Notes: generated from the letters alone by a model not told the origin. A stretch of DNA of 64,000 bases from an uncultured Candidatus Rokubacteria bacterium (GCA_963826115.1 CAWGVS010000005.1:864001-928000); one strand, 5' to 3'. Shown: positions 9,060-19,402, counted from the first letter of the stretch. A program made the numbers and translations.

Positions 9060-10837
9060 CCGGCCGCCTCGCGGGCGTCGTCCGACGCCCGGCCGGCCTC
9101 CTCGAGGGTCGACTCGAGCTGCTGCCGCCGCCACAGGCGCGCGTAGAGCCCGTTCCGGGCGAGAAGCTCGGCGTGGGACCCCTCCTCGACGAGCTCTCCC
9201 TCGTCGAGCACCACGATGCGGTCGAGCATCGACGCGACCCGGAGCCGGTGGGTGATCACCAGCGTGGTGCGGCCGCGGATCCGATCGAGGAGGCGCTCGA
9301 GGATGGTCGCCTCGGTCTCCGCGTCCACCGCCGCGAACGCGTCATCGAGGACGAGGATGCACGGGTCGCGGAGAAGGGCCCGCGCGAGGGTCGCCCGCTG
9401 GCGCTGCCCGCCGGACAGTGTGAGCCCGCGCTCGCCGACCAGCGTCTCCCAGCCGCGGGGGAACCGGTCCACGTCGGGGGCGAGGCCCGCGACGTCGGCG
9501 GCCTCGGCCACGCCGGCTTCGGCCGCGCCGAACGCGACGTTCTCCCGGAGGGACCGGGAGAAGAGGAACGCGTCCTGCGGGACGACGCCGATCGCGGCCC
9601 GGAGGTCCCGGAGCGGGATCGCGTGGATCTCGGTGCCGTCGATGAAGACCGTGCCGGGCGGCGGATCCCACAGCCGCGGCAGCATGGCGGCGAGCGTCGT
9701 CTTCCCGGCGCCCGTGGGTCCCACGATCGCCACGGAGCGGCCCGCCGGGATCCGGAGGCTCAGGTCCCGGAGCGCGGGCGGCCGGTCCGGCGCGTAGCGG
9801 AAGGTGAGCCGGCGGATCTCGACGTCGCCTCGCACGGGTCCGCGGAGCGCGGCCGCCTCGGGGCCGTCGACGATGCCAGGCGGGGTGTGGAGGATCTCGG
9901 TCACGCGGTCGAACGCCGCGAGCCCTCGCCTGACGACGGCCAGCACCCAGCCGAGCGCCATCGTCGGCCACGCGAGGTACGCGACGTAGCCGGAGAACGC
10001 CACCAGCACGCCGAGCGAGAGGCGCCCCTCCAGGACCGCCCGGCCGCCGATCCAGAGGACGGCCAGCGCGCCGATGCCGGTCATGATCGCGAGGAGCGGG
10101 GAGAAGAGCCCGTGGGTCCGCGTCTGGCGGAGCACCCGGGCCAGGTGCTCGTCGTTGAGCCGGCCGAAGGCCTCGATCTCGCGGGGCGCGAGCGTGTACG
10201 CGCGCACGACCGCCATCCCGCTCAGGTTCTCCTGGGCCTTGTCGGCGAGGCGCCCGAGCTGCTCCTGGACGAGAACCGCATCGGCGTGGGCGCGCGTGTT
10301 GTAGCGGCGGGCCACGGCGAGGAGGACGGGATACGGCGCGAGAGCGGCCACGGTCAGCCAGGGGTCGATGCGGAGCATGGCGACGAGCGCTCCCGCGTAG
10401 ACGATCGCCGTGTTGGCGAGCGACAGGAGGCCGAACCCGACCAGCATGGCGACGCTCTGGAGGTCGTTCGTGGCGCGCGACATGAGGTCGCCGGTCCGGC
10501 GGGTCTGGTAGAAGCCGGTCTCGAGCCGGAGGAATGCGGCGAAGAGGTCGGCCCGGATCTCGGACTCGACCCGCTGCCCCGCGCCCAGGAGGACGAGGCG
10601 CGAGAACGTCCGGGTGAGCGCCTGGACGATCGCGAGCAGGACGACGAGGAGGGCGCCCATCGTGACCGTGTCCCGCGTCGCGACGACGCGGCCCGCGCCG
10701 CCCAGCGCGTCCACCACGTCCTTCGTCACCCAGGGGATCAGGAGAGCGCAGGCGTTGGTCGCGAGCAGGAGGAGGACGCCCACCGCGTACCGCGCCCCGT
10801 GCCGGGCGAGATACCGGCCGAGGATGGAGACAGGCAT
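9056..10837 (-). CDS. ABC exporter, fused permease/ATP-binding subunit (heterodimer partner)
   Basis: Transmembrane domain plus GPTGAGKTT, LSGGQRQR, degenerate Walker B VLDDAF. Confidence 0.95.
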   Translation of the reverse strand: MPVSILGRYLARHGARYAVGVLLLLATNACALLIPWVTKDVVDALGGAGRVVATRDTVTMGALLVVLLAIVQALTRTFSRLVLLGAGQRVESEIRADLFAAFLRLETGFYQTRRTGDLMSRATNDLQSVAMLVGFGLLSLANTAIVYAGALVAMLRIDPWLTVAALAPYPVLLAVARRYNTRAHADAVLVQEQLGRLADKAQENLSGMAVVRAYTLAPREIEAFGRLNDEHLARVLRQTRTHGLFSPLLAIMTGIGALAVLWIGGRAVLEGRLSLGVLVAFSGYVAYLAWPTMALGWVLAVVRRGLAAFDRVTEILHTPPGIVDGPEAAALRGPVRGDVEIRRLTFRYAPDRPPALRDLSLRIPAGRSVAIVGPTGAGKTTLAAMLPRLWDPPPGTVFIDGTEIHAIPLRDLRAAIGVVPQDAFLFSRSLRENVAFGAAEAGVAEAADVAGLAPDVDRFPRGWETLVGERGLTLSGGQRQRATLARALLRDPCILVLDDAFAAVDAETEATILERLLDRIRGRTTLVITHRLRVASMLDRIVVLDEGELVEEGSHAELLARNGLYARLWRRQQLESTLEEAGRASDDAREAAG

Positions 10838-10907
10838 CGTCGCGAGTATACCGGCCGCTCCGAGGTCGGGCAAACGCGACGAACGTGCGTATGGTACGCT
10901 CCGCTGC

Positions 10908-11702
10908 GTGAGCGCGAGCCCATTCCTCACGGTCGCGGTGGACGCCGCGCGTGGCGCCGGCCGATTGCTCCGCGAGGAGCTCGGCGGCGTGCGCCGGATC
11001 CAGCACAAGCGCTCGGTCATCGACCTCGTCACGGAGATGGACCAGCGCGCGGAGGCGTTCATCGTCGAGCGGCTGCTCGGCGCCTTCCCGGACCACGCGA
11101 TCCTTGCCGAGGAGAGCGGGGCCACGGACGGGCGTTCCGAATACCGGTGGCTCATCGACCCCCTGGACGGCACCACGAACTACGCGCACGGAGTGCCGAT
11201 CTTCGCGGTGTCGATCGCGCTGGAGCGGGCGGGCACGGTCGTGCTCGGCGTGGCGTACGACCCGAGCCGCGACGAGTGCTTCGTCGCCGAGCACGGGCGC
11301 GGCGCGACGGTCAACGGCGAGGCGATCCGGGTGTCCTCCGTCGACACGCTCGACCGGGCCCTCCTGGTGACCGGCTTCCCCTACGACATCCGGACCACGT
11401 CCGAGACCAACCTGCCGGAGTACGCCGCGCTGTCCAAGCGCGCGCAGGCGGTCCGGCGCCTCGGCTCGGCGGTCCTGGACCTCTCGTGGGTCGCCTGCGG
11501 CCGCTTGGAGGGCTTCTGGGAGTTCTCCCTCGGACCCTGGGACATGGCGGCGGGGGGTCTCATCGTGAGCGAGGCGGGCGGCCGCGTCACCAGCGTGCGC
11601 GGCGGACCATGGCGGCTCGAGGGTCCGGGCATCCTGGCGACGAACGGCCTGGTCCACGAGACGATCCTCGCGGAGCTCGCCGCCGTCCAGTTGGCCCGCT
11701 GA
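10908..11702 (+). CDS. suhB: Inositol monophosphatase family protein
   Basis: DLVTEMD, AEES, WLIDPLDGTTNYAHG, PWDMAAG. Confidence 0.93.
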   Translation: MSASPFLTVAVDAARGAGRLLREELGGVRRIQHKRSVIDLVTEMDQRAEAFIVERLLGAFPDHAILAEESGATDGRSEYRWLIDPLDGTTNYAHGVPIFAVSIALERAGTVVLGVAYDPSRDECFVAEHGRGATVNGEAIRVSSVDTLDRALLVTGFPYDIRTTSETNLPEYAALSKRAQAVRRLGSAVLDLSWVACGRLEGFWEFSLGPWDMAAGGLIVSEAGGRVTSVRGGPWRLEGPGILATNGLVHETILAELAAVQLAR

Positions 11703-12292
11703 TGACGGCCGGCGGGCGCGCGGTCGATCGCCAGAAGGCCGCGCCGGCGCCCCATCCCCTGCCCGTCCACGTCCGCACGATCAGGATGGAGGCGGAGGCG
11801 GCCACGATCGGCGACGACGCCCGGCCCGCCCTTCGGGTCCGTGGCACCCTCGAGGACCAGCGCCCGCAGGGCGTGCCCGACTGGATCCAGCACGACGGGG
11901 ACGTCATCCACCACATGGAGGTCACGCTCACCGTGACCTGGCCCGACCTCCTGGTGGCGGCGATCGAGAGCACGATGCGGACGTTTCCGCACGCCGGCGT
12001 GTGCCCGGACGCGCTGCCGCCGCTCCAGTCCCTGGTCGGGATCGCGATCGGGCGCGGCTTCACGCGGGCGGTCAACGAGCGGATCGGGCGTGAGCGCGGC
12101 TGCACGCACGTTGCGGCGCTGATCCTGGCCATGGGCCCGGTCGTCCGCCAGGGCGCTGGCGCGGCGTTCGGCTTCGCGACGCCCGGCGACCCGCGCGGGA
12201 CGCCGTGGTTCGTGAACTCCTGCCAGGCCTGGCGCGAGGATGGTCCGCTCCACCGGGCGTGGCTCGCGGGAGAGATCCTCAAGCGGGACTGA
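11702..12292 (+). CDS. DUF2889 family protein
   Basis: VHVRTI, IHHMEVTL, FPHAGVCP, GCTHV, FVNSCQAW pattern; ATG overlaps the suhB stop. Confidence 0.75.
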   Translation: MTAGGRAVDRQKAAPAPHPLPVHVRTIRMEAEAATIGDDARPALRVRGTLEDQRPQGVPDWIQHDGDVIHHMEVTLTVTWPDLLVAAIESTMRTFPHAGVCPDALPPLQSLVGIAIGRGFTRAVNERIGRERGCTHVAALILAMGPVVRQGAGAAFGFATPGDPRGTPWFVNSCQAWREDGPLHRAWLAGEILKRD

Positions 12293-12452
12293 CCCGCGGC
12301 GCGGCATCTGCCGCGCCGGCGTCGCGTCCGGCGATCGATCCGCCCGGGCGCCGCCCCTTGTTCCCCCCGGAGCCCGGCGGGATAATCCGATCGAGGGCCG
12401 TTGTGGCCCCGGTGCTTCGAGCCGGTCGGCGCAGGACGAGGGAGGATTCACG

Positions 12453-13871
12453 ATGCGCATGTATGTGGCGGGCGAATGGGTGTCCAAGCCGCAGTCGATC
12501 CCGGTCGAGAACCCCTTCGACCGATCGGTCGTCGACACCGTGCCGCGCGCGGATCGCGGCGACGTCGAGCGGGCCCTCCAGAGCGCCGTCCGGGGCGCGC
12601 GGGCGATGGCGAAGCTGTCCGGCTACGACCGCTTCCGGATCCTGCGGAAGGCGGCGGAGCTGATGGTCGAGCGCCAGGAGGACCTGGGCCGCACGATCAG
12701 CCTCGAGGAGGGCAAGGCCATCGCCGAGGGCCGGCTCGAGGCGAACCGGGCCGTGGAGACCATCCTGGGCTCCGCCGAGGAGGCGAAGCGGATCCACGGC
12801 GAGACGATCCCGGTCGACGGCGCGCCGGGCGGCGCGGGGAAGATCGCCTTCACGATGCGGGTGCCGTGCGGCGTGGTACTGGCGATCACCCCCTTCAACT
12901 TCCCGCTGAACCTCGTGTGCCACAAGGTCGGCCCCGCGCTCGCGGGCGGGAATGCCGTCATCGTGAAGCCGGCGACCGACACGCCCCTGTCCGCGCTCAA
13001 GCTCACGGAGATCCTGCTCGAGGCGGGGCTCCCCGCCGAGGGCATCCAGTGCCTCACGGGGCCGGGCGGCGAGCTCGGCGACCTTCTCGCCGCGGATCCC
13101 CGGGTCCGGAAGATCACGTTCACGGGGAGCCGCGACGTGGGCGAGCGCATCTGCCGGACGGCCGGGATCAAGCGGGTCACGATGGAGCTCGGCTCGAACG
13201 CCCCGGTCATCGTCATGCCGGACGCGGACATGGATCGCGTCGCGGAGGCCGTGGCGCTGACCGGGTACGCGAACGCCGGCCAGGTCTGCATCTCGGCCCA
13301 GCGGGTCCTCGCCGCCGGGCGGATCTACAGCGACTTCCTGGACGCGCTCAAGCCTCGCGTGGAGGCCATCACCACCGGCAGCCAGCTCGAGGAGAAGGTC
13401 AAGATGGGGCCGATGGTGCGCGAGAAGGAAGCGGTCCGTGTCGACGAGTGGGTGCGGGAGGCGGTGGGCGCGGGCGCGCGGCTGGTCACGGGCGGCGAGC
13501 GGCGCGGAGCGGTCTACGCGCCCACGATCGTGGCCGACGTCAAGCCGAACATGCGCATCTCCGCGGAGGAGCTGTTCGGCCCCGCGGTGGCCGTCACGCC
13601 GTTCGACGACATTGACGAGGCCATCGCGCTGGCCAACGACTCGCCGTATGGCCTGTCGGCGGCGATTTTCACCGAGAGTCTGGAGACCGCCATGAAGTTC
13701 GCGCGCGAGGTTCAGTCCGGGAATCTCCACGTCAACTGGGGCCCCCAGTGGCGCGCGGACCTCATGCCGTACGGCGGCCTGAAGGAGTCGGGCTTCGGGA
13801 AGGAAGGACCGCGCTACGCCGTCGAAGAGATGACCGAGCTGAAGGCGGTGGTGCTCCACCTTCGCGGGTAG
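12453..13871 (+). CDS. Aldehyde dehydrogenase family protein
   Basis: ITPFNFP, FTGS, MELGSN, GQVCIS, EELFGP, PYGGLKESG; GGAGG RBS. Confidence 0.96.
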   Translation: MRMYVAGEWVSKPQSIPVENPFDRSVVDTVPRADRGDVERALQSAVRGARAMAKLSGYDRFRILRKAAELMVERQEDLGRTISLEEGKAIAEGRLEANRAVETILGSAEEAKRIHGETIPVDGAPGGAGKIAFTMRVPCGVVLAITPFNFPLNLVCHKVGPALAGGNAVIVKPATDTPLSALKLTEILLEAGLPAEGIQCLTGPGGELGDLLAADPRVRKITFTGSRDVGERICRTAGIKRVTMELGSNAPVIVMPDADMDRVAEAVALTGYANAGQVCISAQRVLAAGRIYSDFLDALKPRVEAITTGSQLEEKVKMGPMVREKEAVRVDEWVREAVGAGARLVTGGERRGAVYAPTIVADVKPNMRISAEELFGPAVAVTPFDDIDEAIALANDSPYGLSAAIFTESLETAMKFAREVQSGNLHVNWGPQWRADLMPYGGLKESGFGKEGPRYAVEEMTELKAVVLHLRG

Positions 13872-13937
13872 GCGTCGGCCCCCGCAGCGGGACGTCCGAG
13901 GGCCGGGCCGGAGAGGCCCGGCCCTCGCCGCGTCCGC

Positions 13938-14423
13938 TCACTCGCCCTGGCGCAGCGGACTCCGGCGCGTGCCCAGCACCAGCATCGGTGGCCCGCCCGC
14001 GGGGTCGGCCTCGATCCGGCCGGCCAGCTGGAGCCACGCGGCGACCGACAGCCGCGCCCGGAACTGCCCGCCCTTGACCCGGCAGTGCGGCACACCCCGT
14101 GGGTCGACGGAGAGCGTGCCCTCGTCGAGGCGCTCCCGTGTGCCGTCGCTCAGGTGGAGCAGGATCGCGTCCGGCTCGACCCCGGAGCCCGCCCGCAGGA
14201 CGACGAAGGGCGCGTCGTCGACCTGGACCGGGATCCGGAACGGCCCCACCTGCAGGTGGTGGCGGTCACCCTCGGCCCGGAGGTTCGCGTAGAGGTTCCG
14301 CAGCACGCCGGGGTGCGTGACCTCGACGCCGTCGTGGCACCACACGCCATCGCGGTCGATCCGGAAGGCGCCGGCCAGCGCGGGATCCAGCGGCGCGCCC
14401 GGTGCGGGCCCGGCCGTGGTCAC
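13938..14423 (-). CDS. DUF1285-like protein
   Basis: FRIDRDGVWCHDG, PVQVDDAPFVV, HCRVKGG..ARLS. Confidence 0.75.
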   Translation of the reverse strand: MTTAGPAPGAPLDPALAGAFRIDRDGVWCHDGVEVTHPGVLRNLYANLRAEGDRHHLQVGPFRIPVQVDDAPFVVLRAGSGVEPDAILLHLSDGTRERLDEGTLSVDPRGVPHCRVKGGQFRARLSVAAWLQLAGRIEADPAGGPPMLVLGTRRSPLRQGE

Positions 14424-15676
14424 GCCGGTGGCGCCTCGTCCTCGAAGGCCACGCTCGCGAACGTCACCGTCCCCTCCGGGTCCGGCCACTGCCCGTAGTG
14501 AAGGAGCCGCCCGGGGCTTCCGGGGAGGAGCCGGAGGAGCGAGTAGATCGGCGAGAGACCGCAGATCCGGTTGCGGTCCCCTTGCCGCGCGGCCTCCGCG
14601 AAGAATGCGTCGGCGTCGGCCGCCGCGACCGGCGCGAGGAGGGCGGAGTCCTCGCGCCGGACGCGGTCGAGCTGCGGCGTCGCCACGCGCCACCGGTCGC
14701 CGAATCGCGGCCCGACGTGGGCGAGGTCGGCCCCGGCCACGACGCAGTAGCGGCGCGGGACGGTCGCCATGGCGCTCCGAAGCGCGTCCAGCACCGCCTC
14801 GACCTCGGGCCGGTCCGAGGGGCGCTGTCCGGTTCCGAGGCACTCGTGCGCGAAGCTCGCGAGGAGCGGCACGATGCGCCGCGTTCCCGCGCCCGCGCGC
14901 CGCCCGAGGTACTGGAGCCACACCGCCTGGAACTCGACCGAGTGCTCGCCCCGGTGCGCCAGCTCGGCGGCGAAGAGATCGGGCGGCGCGCGTCGTACGA
15001 CCGCGTCGAGGACCTCGTGGTCGACCTCGAGCGGGCCGAATGGGGTCTCGAACGCTTTGGCCGTCGCCGCGAACGCGTGGCCGTCGAGCCCGCCGTGCGC
15101 CGTGCCCAGCACGATGAAGCAGTCGGCCTCCCGCGTCTCCGCCAGGGCCCGATAGGCCCACGCGTAACCGGGACCGCCCCGATTGAAGTCGATGTGGGGC
15201 GCGACGAGGCCGCGCAGGACGGCGCCCCGCGGCGGGCCGATGGGCCCCGGGGCGCCCGGCGCCTCGAAGTAGCCGGCCATGGCCGCCGCGAGGGCCTCGG
15301 GCTCGGCCGCGTAGGACCGCGCGGCGAGGAAGGCCGGTCGGGTCGGCCCGTCCAGGAAGGCGCGGAGCTGACGGGCGCGCTCGGCCTCGAGGCGCGGCCC
15401 TTCCAGGAAGAAGTGCTGGTCGAGGACCTCGACCATCGACTCGAGCTGGCTCCGCAGCACGAGCTCGCCGGTCTGGCGCATGATCTCCGCCTGGACGTCG
15501 ACGAGGGACCGCAGGCCGTCGAAGAGCGCCAGGATGGGCGCCAGGCTCCGCGGCACGGTCAGGACGGCCTCGGTGACCCCCGACGGGTCGCGGAGGCACA
15601 CGACCTCGCGGTCGTCGACCTGCGCGGGAAACGCCTCGACGGGCCGGAGCTGCGGATTGTCGCCCGGGTCAGCCAC
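14420..15676 (-). CDS. AmmeMemoRadiSam system protein B (MEMO1 family) with N-terminal extension
   Basis: VAPHIDF, LGTAH, HRGEHSVEFQ, GADLAHVG, ICGLSP. Confidence 0.9.
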   Translation of the reverse strand: MADPGDNPQLRPVEAFPAQVDDREVVCLRDPSGVTEAVLTVPRSLAPILALFDGLRSLVDVQAEIMRQTGELVLRSQLESMVEVLDQHFFLEGPRLEAERARQLRAFLDGPTRPAFLAARSYAAEPEALAAAMAGYFEAPGAPGPIGPPRGAVLRGLVAPHIDFNRGGPGYAWAYRALAETREADCFIVLGTAHGGLDGHAFAATAKAFETPFGPLEVDHEVLDAVVRRAPPDLFAAELAHRGEHSVEFQAVWLQYLGRRAGAGTRRIVPLLASFAHECLGTGQRPSDRPEVEAVLDALRSAMATVPRRYCVVAGADLAHVGPRFGDRWRVATPQLDRVRREDSALLAPVAAADADAFFAEAARQGDRNRICGLSPIYSLLRLLPGSPGRLLHYGQWPDPEGTVTFASVAFEDEAPPA

Positions 15677-16901
15677 GGGCCGCCAGGAACCGCAGCGCGG
15701 CCGCGGCGTAGCAGCGCGCGGCCTCCACGAGCTCGGCGATCGGCACGCGCTCGTCCACCTGGTGCGGGATGAGCCGGTTGCCGGGCCCGAACGTGACGAT
15801 GGGGATGCCGAGGGTCGTGCGAAGGATCGTGCCATCCGTCGAGCCGGGCACGCCGCCGAAGACGGGCCGCCGTCCGCTCACGCGTCGCACCGCCCACTCG
15901 AGCGCCCCGACCACGGGCTCCCCGCGCTCCACTCGGGTCGCGGGACGCGGCGGTTCGACGGGCTCGACCGTGATCCGCGTTCCCGCGCACCGCCGCTCCG
16001 TGTCGCGCGCGAGCGCCTCGATCGCGGCGAGCACCGGGGCGGGCTCGAGCCCCGGTGTCAGGCGCACGTCCAGCCGGATCTCGGCCGTGGCCGGGATGAC
16101 GTTGTTCTGCGCGACGTGGCCGACCGGCGCCATCGCGACCGTGGGCGTCACGTGAGGCACCCCGAGGAATCGGCTTCGCCGGACACCGCGGCGGACCCGG
16201 CGCTCGAGCTCGGGCACCCGGGCCAGGAACTGTCCCGCCGCCGTGATGGGGTTCACCCCGGCGTACGGCATCGCCCCGTGAGCCATGCGCCCGTGCACGA
16301 CGACCCGCGCCCAGAGGACGCCCTTCTGCTCGAGGCAGAGCTCGTTCTGCTCGGGCTCGCAGATGACGGCGGCGGAAACGGACCGCCCGAGGGCCGTGCC
16401 GGCGAAGTGCTTCGCGCCGGACATCGCGTCCTCCTCGTCCACGAGGGCCGCGATCAGGAGCCGCCCGGCGAACGGCGCGCGCGCCCGGCGGATCGCGGCG
16501 GCGGCCACCATGGCGGCGGCCAGGCCGCCCTTCATGTCGGCGCTGCCGCGCCCGTAGAGGTGCCCGTCCTCCACGATCCCGCTCCACGGCGAATGACGCC
16601 ATGCCGCGGGATCGCCCTCGGTCACGACGTCGGTGTGCCCCTCGAGGCAGAGCGTCGGGCCGTTCCCGCCGCCGTCGAGCCACGCGATGACGTTCGGGCG
16701 GCCCGGGGCGACCTCCTGGATCTCGACGGCACAGCCTTCCCGGCGGAGCCAGGCCTCCACGTAGGCAGCCACGGCGCGCTCGTTGGCGTCCGGCTCGCCC
16801 GGCCGGAAGACGCTCGGGATCCGGACGAGCGAAGCGGTGAGGTCGACGACCTCTTGCTCGGTGATCTCGGCCAGGACGCGATCGACGGGGAGGCGGGGCA
16901 T
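15669..16901 (-). CDS. M20 family metallopeptidase (ArgE/DapE-like)
   Basis: EGHTDVV, YGRGSADMKGG, VDEE, CEP, PHQVDE. Confidence 0.93.
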   Translation of the reverse strand: MPRLPVDRVLAEITEQEVVDLTASLVRIPSVFRPGEPDANERAVAAYVEAWLRREGCAVEIQEVAPGRPNVIAWLDGGGNGPTLCLEGHTDVVTEGDPAAWRHSPWSGIVEDGHLYGRGSADMKGGLAAAMVAAAAIRRARAPFAGRLLIAALVDEEDAMSGAKHFAGTALGRSVSAAVICEPEQNELCLEQKGVLWARVVVHGRMAHGAMPYAGVNPITAAGQFLARVPELERRVRRGVRRSRFLGVPHVTPTVAMAPVGHVAQNNVIPATAEIRLDVRLTPGLEPAPVLAAIEALARDTERRCAGTRITVEPVEPPRPATRVERGEPVVGALEWAVRRVSGRRPVFGGVPGSTDGTILRTTLGIPIVTFGPGNRLIPHQVDERVPIAELVEAARCYAAAALRFLAARG

Positions 16902-16942
16902 CTCGACGGGCCCGCGGACGCGACCGGATCGGGTGGGCGGGG

Positions 16943-17248
16943 CTACTCTCGCGGGAAGGCCAGGATGACGGAGTCGAGCCTGAGGACCCGGAACTCCTCG
17001 CCGTTGACGTAGAAGTAGTGCCCTTCCACCTCTTCGGCCGGCTCCTCGAAGGCGACGACCGCCTCGACGGGCGGCATCTCGCGGAACGCGTTCGCACCCT
17101 CGTCGAAGCCGTCGCCGCGGCCCGCCACGACGCCGTAGCGGATCGGCGAGCCCTTCGGGCAGTAGATGCGGACGCCGGCCGGCGCTTCCTCGAGCAGCTT
17201 CACGAGGATGTTGATGCCGTAGACCTGGCAGGGCGGCGACGAAGCCAT
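16943..17248 (-). CDS. Small protein, divergent GroES/Cpn10-like
   Basis: ILVKLLEE...GVVAGRGDG...VNGEEFRVLRLDSVILAF parallels the GroES pattern; GC3-rich codons. Confidence 0.6.
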   Translation of the reverse strand: MASSPPCQVYGINILVKLLEEAPAGVRIYCPKGSPIRYGVVAGRGDGFDEGANAFREMPPVEAVVAFEEPAEEVEGHYFYVNGEEFRVLRLDSVILAFPRE

Positions 17249-17289
17249 CTGGGTCGGATGATACCACAGGGCCCAAGAGGCCGACCGCG

Positions 17290-18456
17290 TCAGACCCCCG
17301 GCAGCGACGCCTGTCCCCCGCGTCCCGCGACGTCCTCGATCTTCCCCTCGAGCCGCGCGAGCGAGGTCGTCGCCTCGTCGTACTTGTTCTTCGCGTTGGT
17401 GATGTGGCGGCCGAGCGTGTCGAAGTTCTCGCGCACGCGCGCGGCGTCGCCCTGGAGCCGTCCGAGCATCCCGAGGATCTCGTGGGCATTCTGCTCGATG
17501 CGGAGGCCGCGAAGGCCCAGCAGAATCACCTGGAGGTACGCGTAGAACGAGTTGGGCGAGACGGGCACCACGCGGCGGGACAGGGAGTATCCGAGGAGCG
17601 AGTCCTCGCTCGCGTCGTCCCGGAGGATGACCTCGTAGTAGACGTTCTCGGCGGGGATGTACATGAGGGCGAAGTCGAACGTGTCCTCGTCGGGGAGGAT
17701 GTATTTCTTCGCGATCTCGTCCACCCGGCCCCGGACGTCGCGGAGGAAGGCGCGCCGGGACTGGCGCCGGCGGTCCTCGTCGGGCTCCTCGACCATGCGG
17801 CGGAAGTTCTCCAGCGGGAACTTCGAGTCCACCGGGACCAGCCGGTTGCCGACGACCACCGCCGCGTCCACCTTGTCGCCGCTCCGGAAGCCGTGCTGGA
17901 GGCGGTAGTGCTCGACCGGCAGGATCTCCGCGAGGAGCCGCTCGAGGAGCGTCTCGCCGAACCCGCCCCGCATCTTCGGGGCCCGCAGGATCTGCTCGAG
18001 GCCGGCGATGTCCCGGCCCACCTGCTCCATGCGGCGGGTGGACTCGCCGAGGGCGCCCAGCTGGCCGTGGACCTCGGTCACCGCGCGCTTGGCGTCATCG
18101 AGGCGCTGTCCCATGGACGTCTGCGCCTGCTGCATGAGGGTCATGCCCTCCTGGAGCCGCAGGTTCACCTCGGCGGTGACCTCACGGAGCGCCCGCGCCA
18201 CGTCGGTCTGGATCCCGGTCACGTGCTGGCCGATCTGTCCGCTGAACTGGGTGATCTGGCTGTTCACGGCGTTGCGGGTGGCGTCCTGCCGCTCCTGAGT
18301 GTCGCGGCGCAGGCTCTCGATCTGGCTCCGCAGGAGCTCCATTCCCGGATCGGGTCCGGGCGACTGCCGGAGCCGCCCGGCCAGCACGACGAGGCCCCAG
18401 ACGGTCGCGCCGAGCGTCGCGAGCACCGCCAGCACGAGGACGAGGGGCGCGTCCAC
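17290..18456 (-). CDS. rmuC: DNA recombination protein RmuC
   Basis: N-terminal TM, coiled coil, KMRGGFGE, VDSKFP, FALMYIPAE, PVSPNS. Confidence 0.92.
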   Translation of the reverse strand: MDAPLVLVLAVLATLGATVWGLVVLAGRLRQSPGPDPGMELLRSQIESLRRDTQERQDATRNAVNSQITQFSGQIGQHVTGIQTDVARALREVTAEVNLRLQEGMTLMQQAQTSMGQRLDDAKRAVTEVHGQLGALGESTRRMEQVGRDIAGLEQILRAPKMRGGFGETLLERLLAEILPVEHYRLQHGFRSGDKVDAAVVVGNRLVPVDSKFPLENFRRMVEEPDEDRRRQSRRAFLRDVRGRVDEIAKKYILPDEDTFDFALMYIPAENVYYEVILRDDASEDSLLGYSLSRRVVPVSPNSFYAYLQVILLGLRGLRIEQNAHEILGMLGRLQGDAARVRENFDTLGRHITNAKNKYDEATTSLARLEGKIEDVAGRGGQASLPGV

Positions 18457-19340
18457 TACCGCGAGCCCCAGTGGCGGCAGACCGACCGGAGCTGGCAAGC
18501 CGGGCACACGCGGGCGTCTCGGCGGTCGAGGCAGTCCCCGCGCATCCGCGTGTGGCAGAGCGCGAAGTCGTACTTGACCGGGTCAGTCGGGTCGAGCCGC
18601 CGGAGGGTGGCCGTGATGTCGGCCGCCATCCGGCCGGTGCGCGAACGGAGGCGCGTCAGGCGGATCGCATGCGCCATGTTCGCGATGTGGGTGTCGAGCG
18701 GGATCAGGAGCTTCGACGGGGAGAGCTCCCGCCAGTCCCCGAAGTCTGGCGGATCCCGCCGGATCATCCACCGGAGAAAGAGGTGCCAGCGCTTGCACGC
18801 GCCCCCCGTGGCGGGATCGGGGAACAGGTGCCGGAACCCTCGCGTGAGGCGCGGCATCCCGACGGGACGGAAGTCCTGCTCGAGGATCGACGTCGCGAAT
18901 CGCTGGAGCGCGGGCCGGATGTCCGGGTCGTCCGGCGAGTAGCCGGCGACGAAGGCCGCCCGGAGGGAGCCGTGGCGCGCGATCAGCCGGTGGATCGCCA
19001 GGACCGCGGCCGCGACGTCGCGCCCCCGCGTGAACCGGTAGTGGAACGGCGCGAACCGCGCGGCATCCCGGGCGGCGTCGAATCGCTCGACGAAGTCGCG
19101 CGGGGACGGGCCGAGCCAGTCGAGGAGCCGCACCAGCCAGGCGCCGAAGAGGGACACGCGGCCGTAGGCGAGGCAGGCGGTGAGGAGGGCGACCACCTCG
19201 CGATCCCGCGGGTCGGCGAAGCGCGCCGGGTACTGGATGGCGTCGCTCGCCACGCGGGCGTCGTAATCGTAGCGGTGGTAGAGGCGCTCGAGCGGCTCAC
19301 GGAGTCGCGTCACGCGCGCCGCGCTGATTCCCCGCGTCAT
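18456..19340 (-). CDS. TIGR02757 family protein (DUF2400)
   Basis: LAYGRV, ACKRWHLFLRWMIR, IPLDTH, DPVKYDFAL; C-terminal Cys cluster. Confidence 0.9.
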   Translation of the reverse strand: MTRGISAARVTRLREPLERLYHRYDYDARVASDAIQYPARFADPRDREVVALLTACLAYGRVSLFGAWLVRLLDWLGPSPRDFVERFDAARDAARFAPFHYRFTRGRDVAAAVLAIHRLIARHGSLRAAFVAGYSPDDPDIRPALQRFATSILEQDFRPVGMPRLTRGFRHLFPDPATGGACKRWHLFLRWMIRRDPPDFGDWRELSPSKLLIPLDTHIANMAHAIRLTRLRSRTGRMAADITATLRRLDPTDPVKYDFALCHTRMRGDCLDRRDARVCPACQLRSVCRHWGSR

Positions 19341-19366
19341 CGCGCGCAGGATAGCATGCCGCTCGC

Positions 19367-19395
19367 TTGATTTCGTGCGGCACGGTTGCTACGGT
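19367..19395 (+). promoter_or_regulatory. Sigma70-type promoter of nadX (probably leaderless)
   Basis: TTGATT-N17-TACGGT with TG extended -10, 7 nt before ATG 19403. Confidence 0.55.
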
Positions 19396-19402
19396 GGCCC
19401 GC

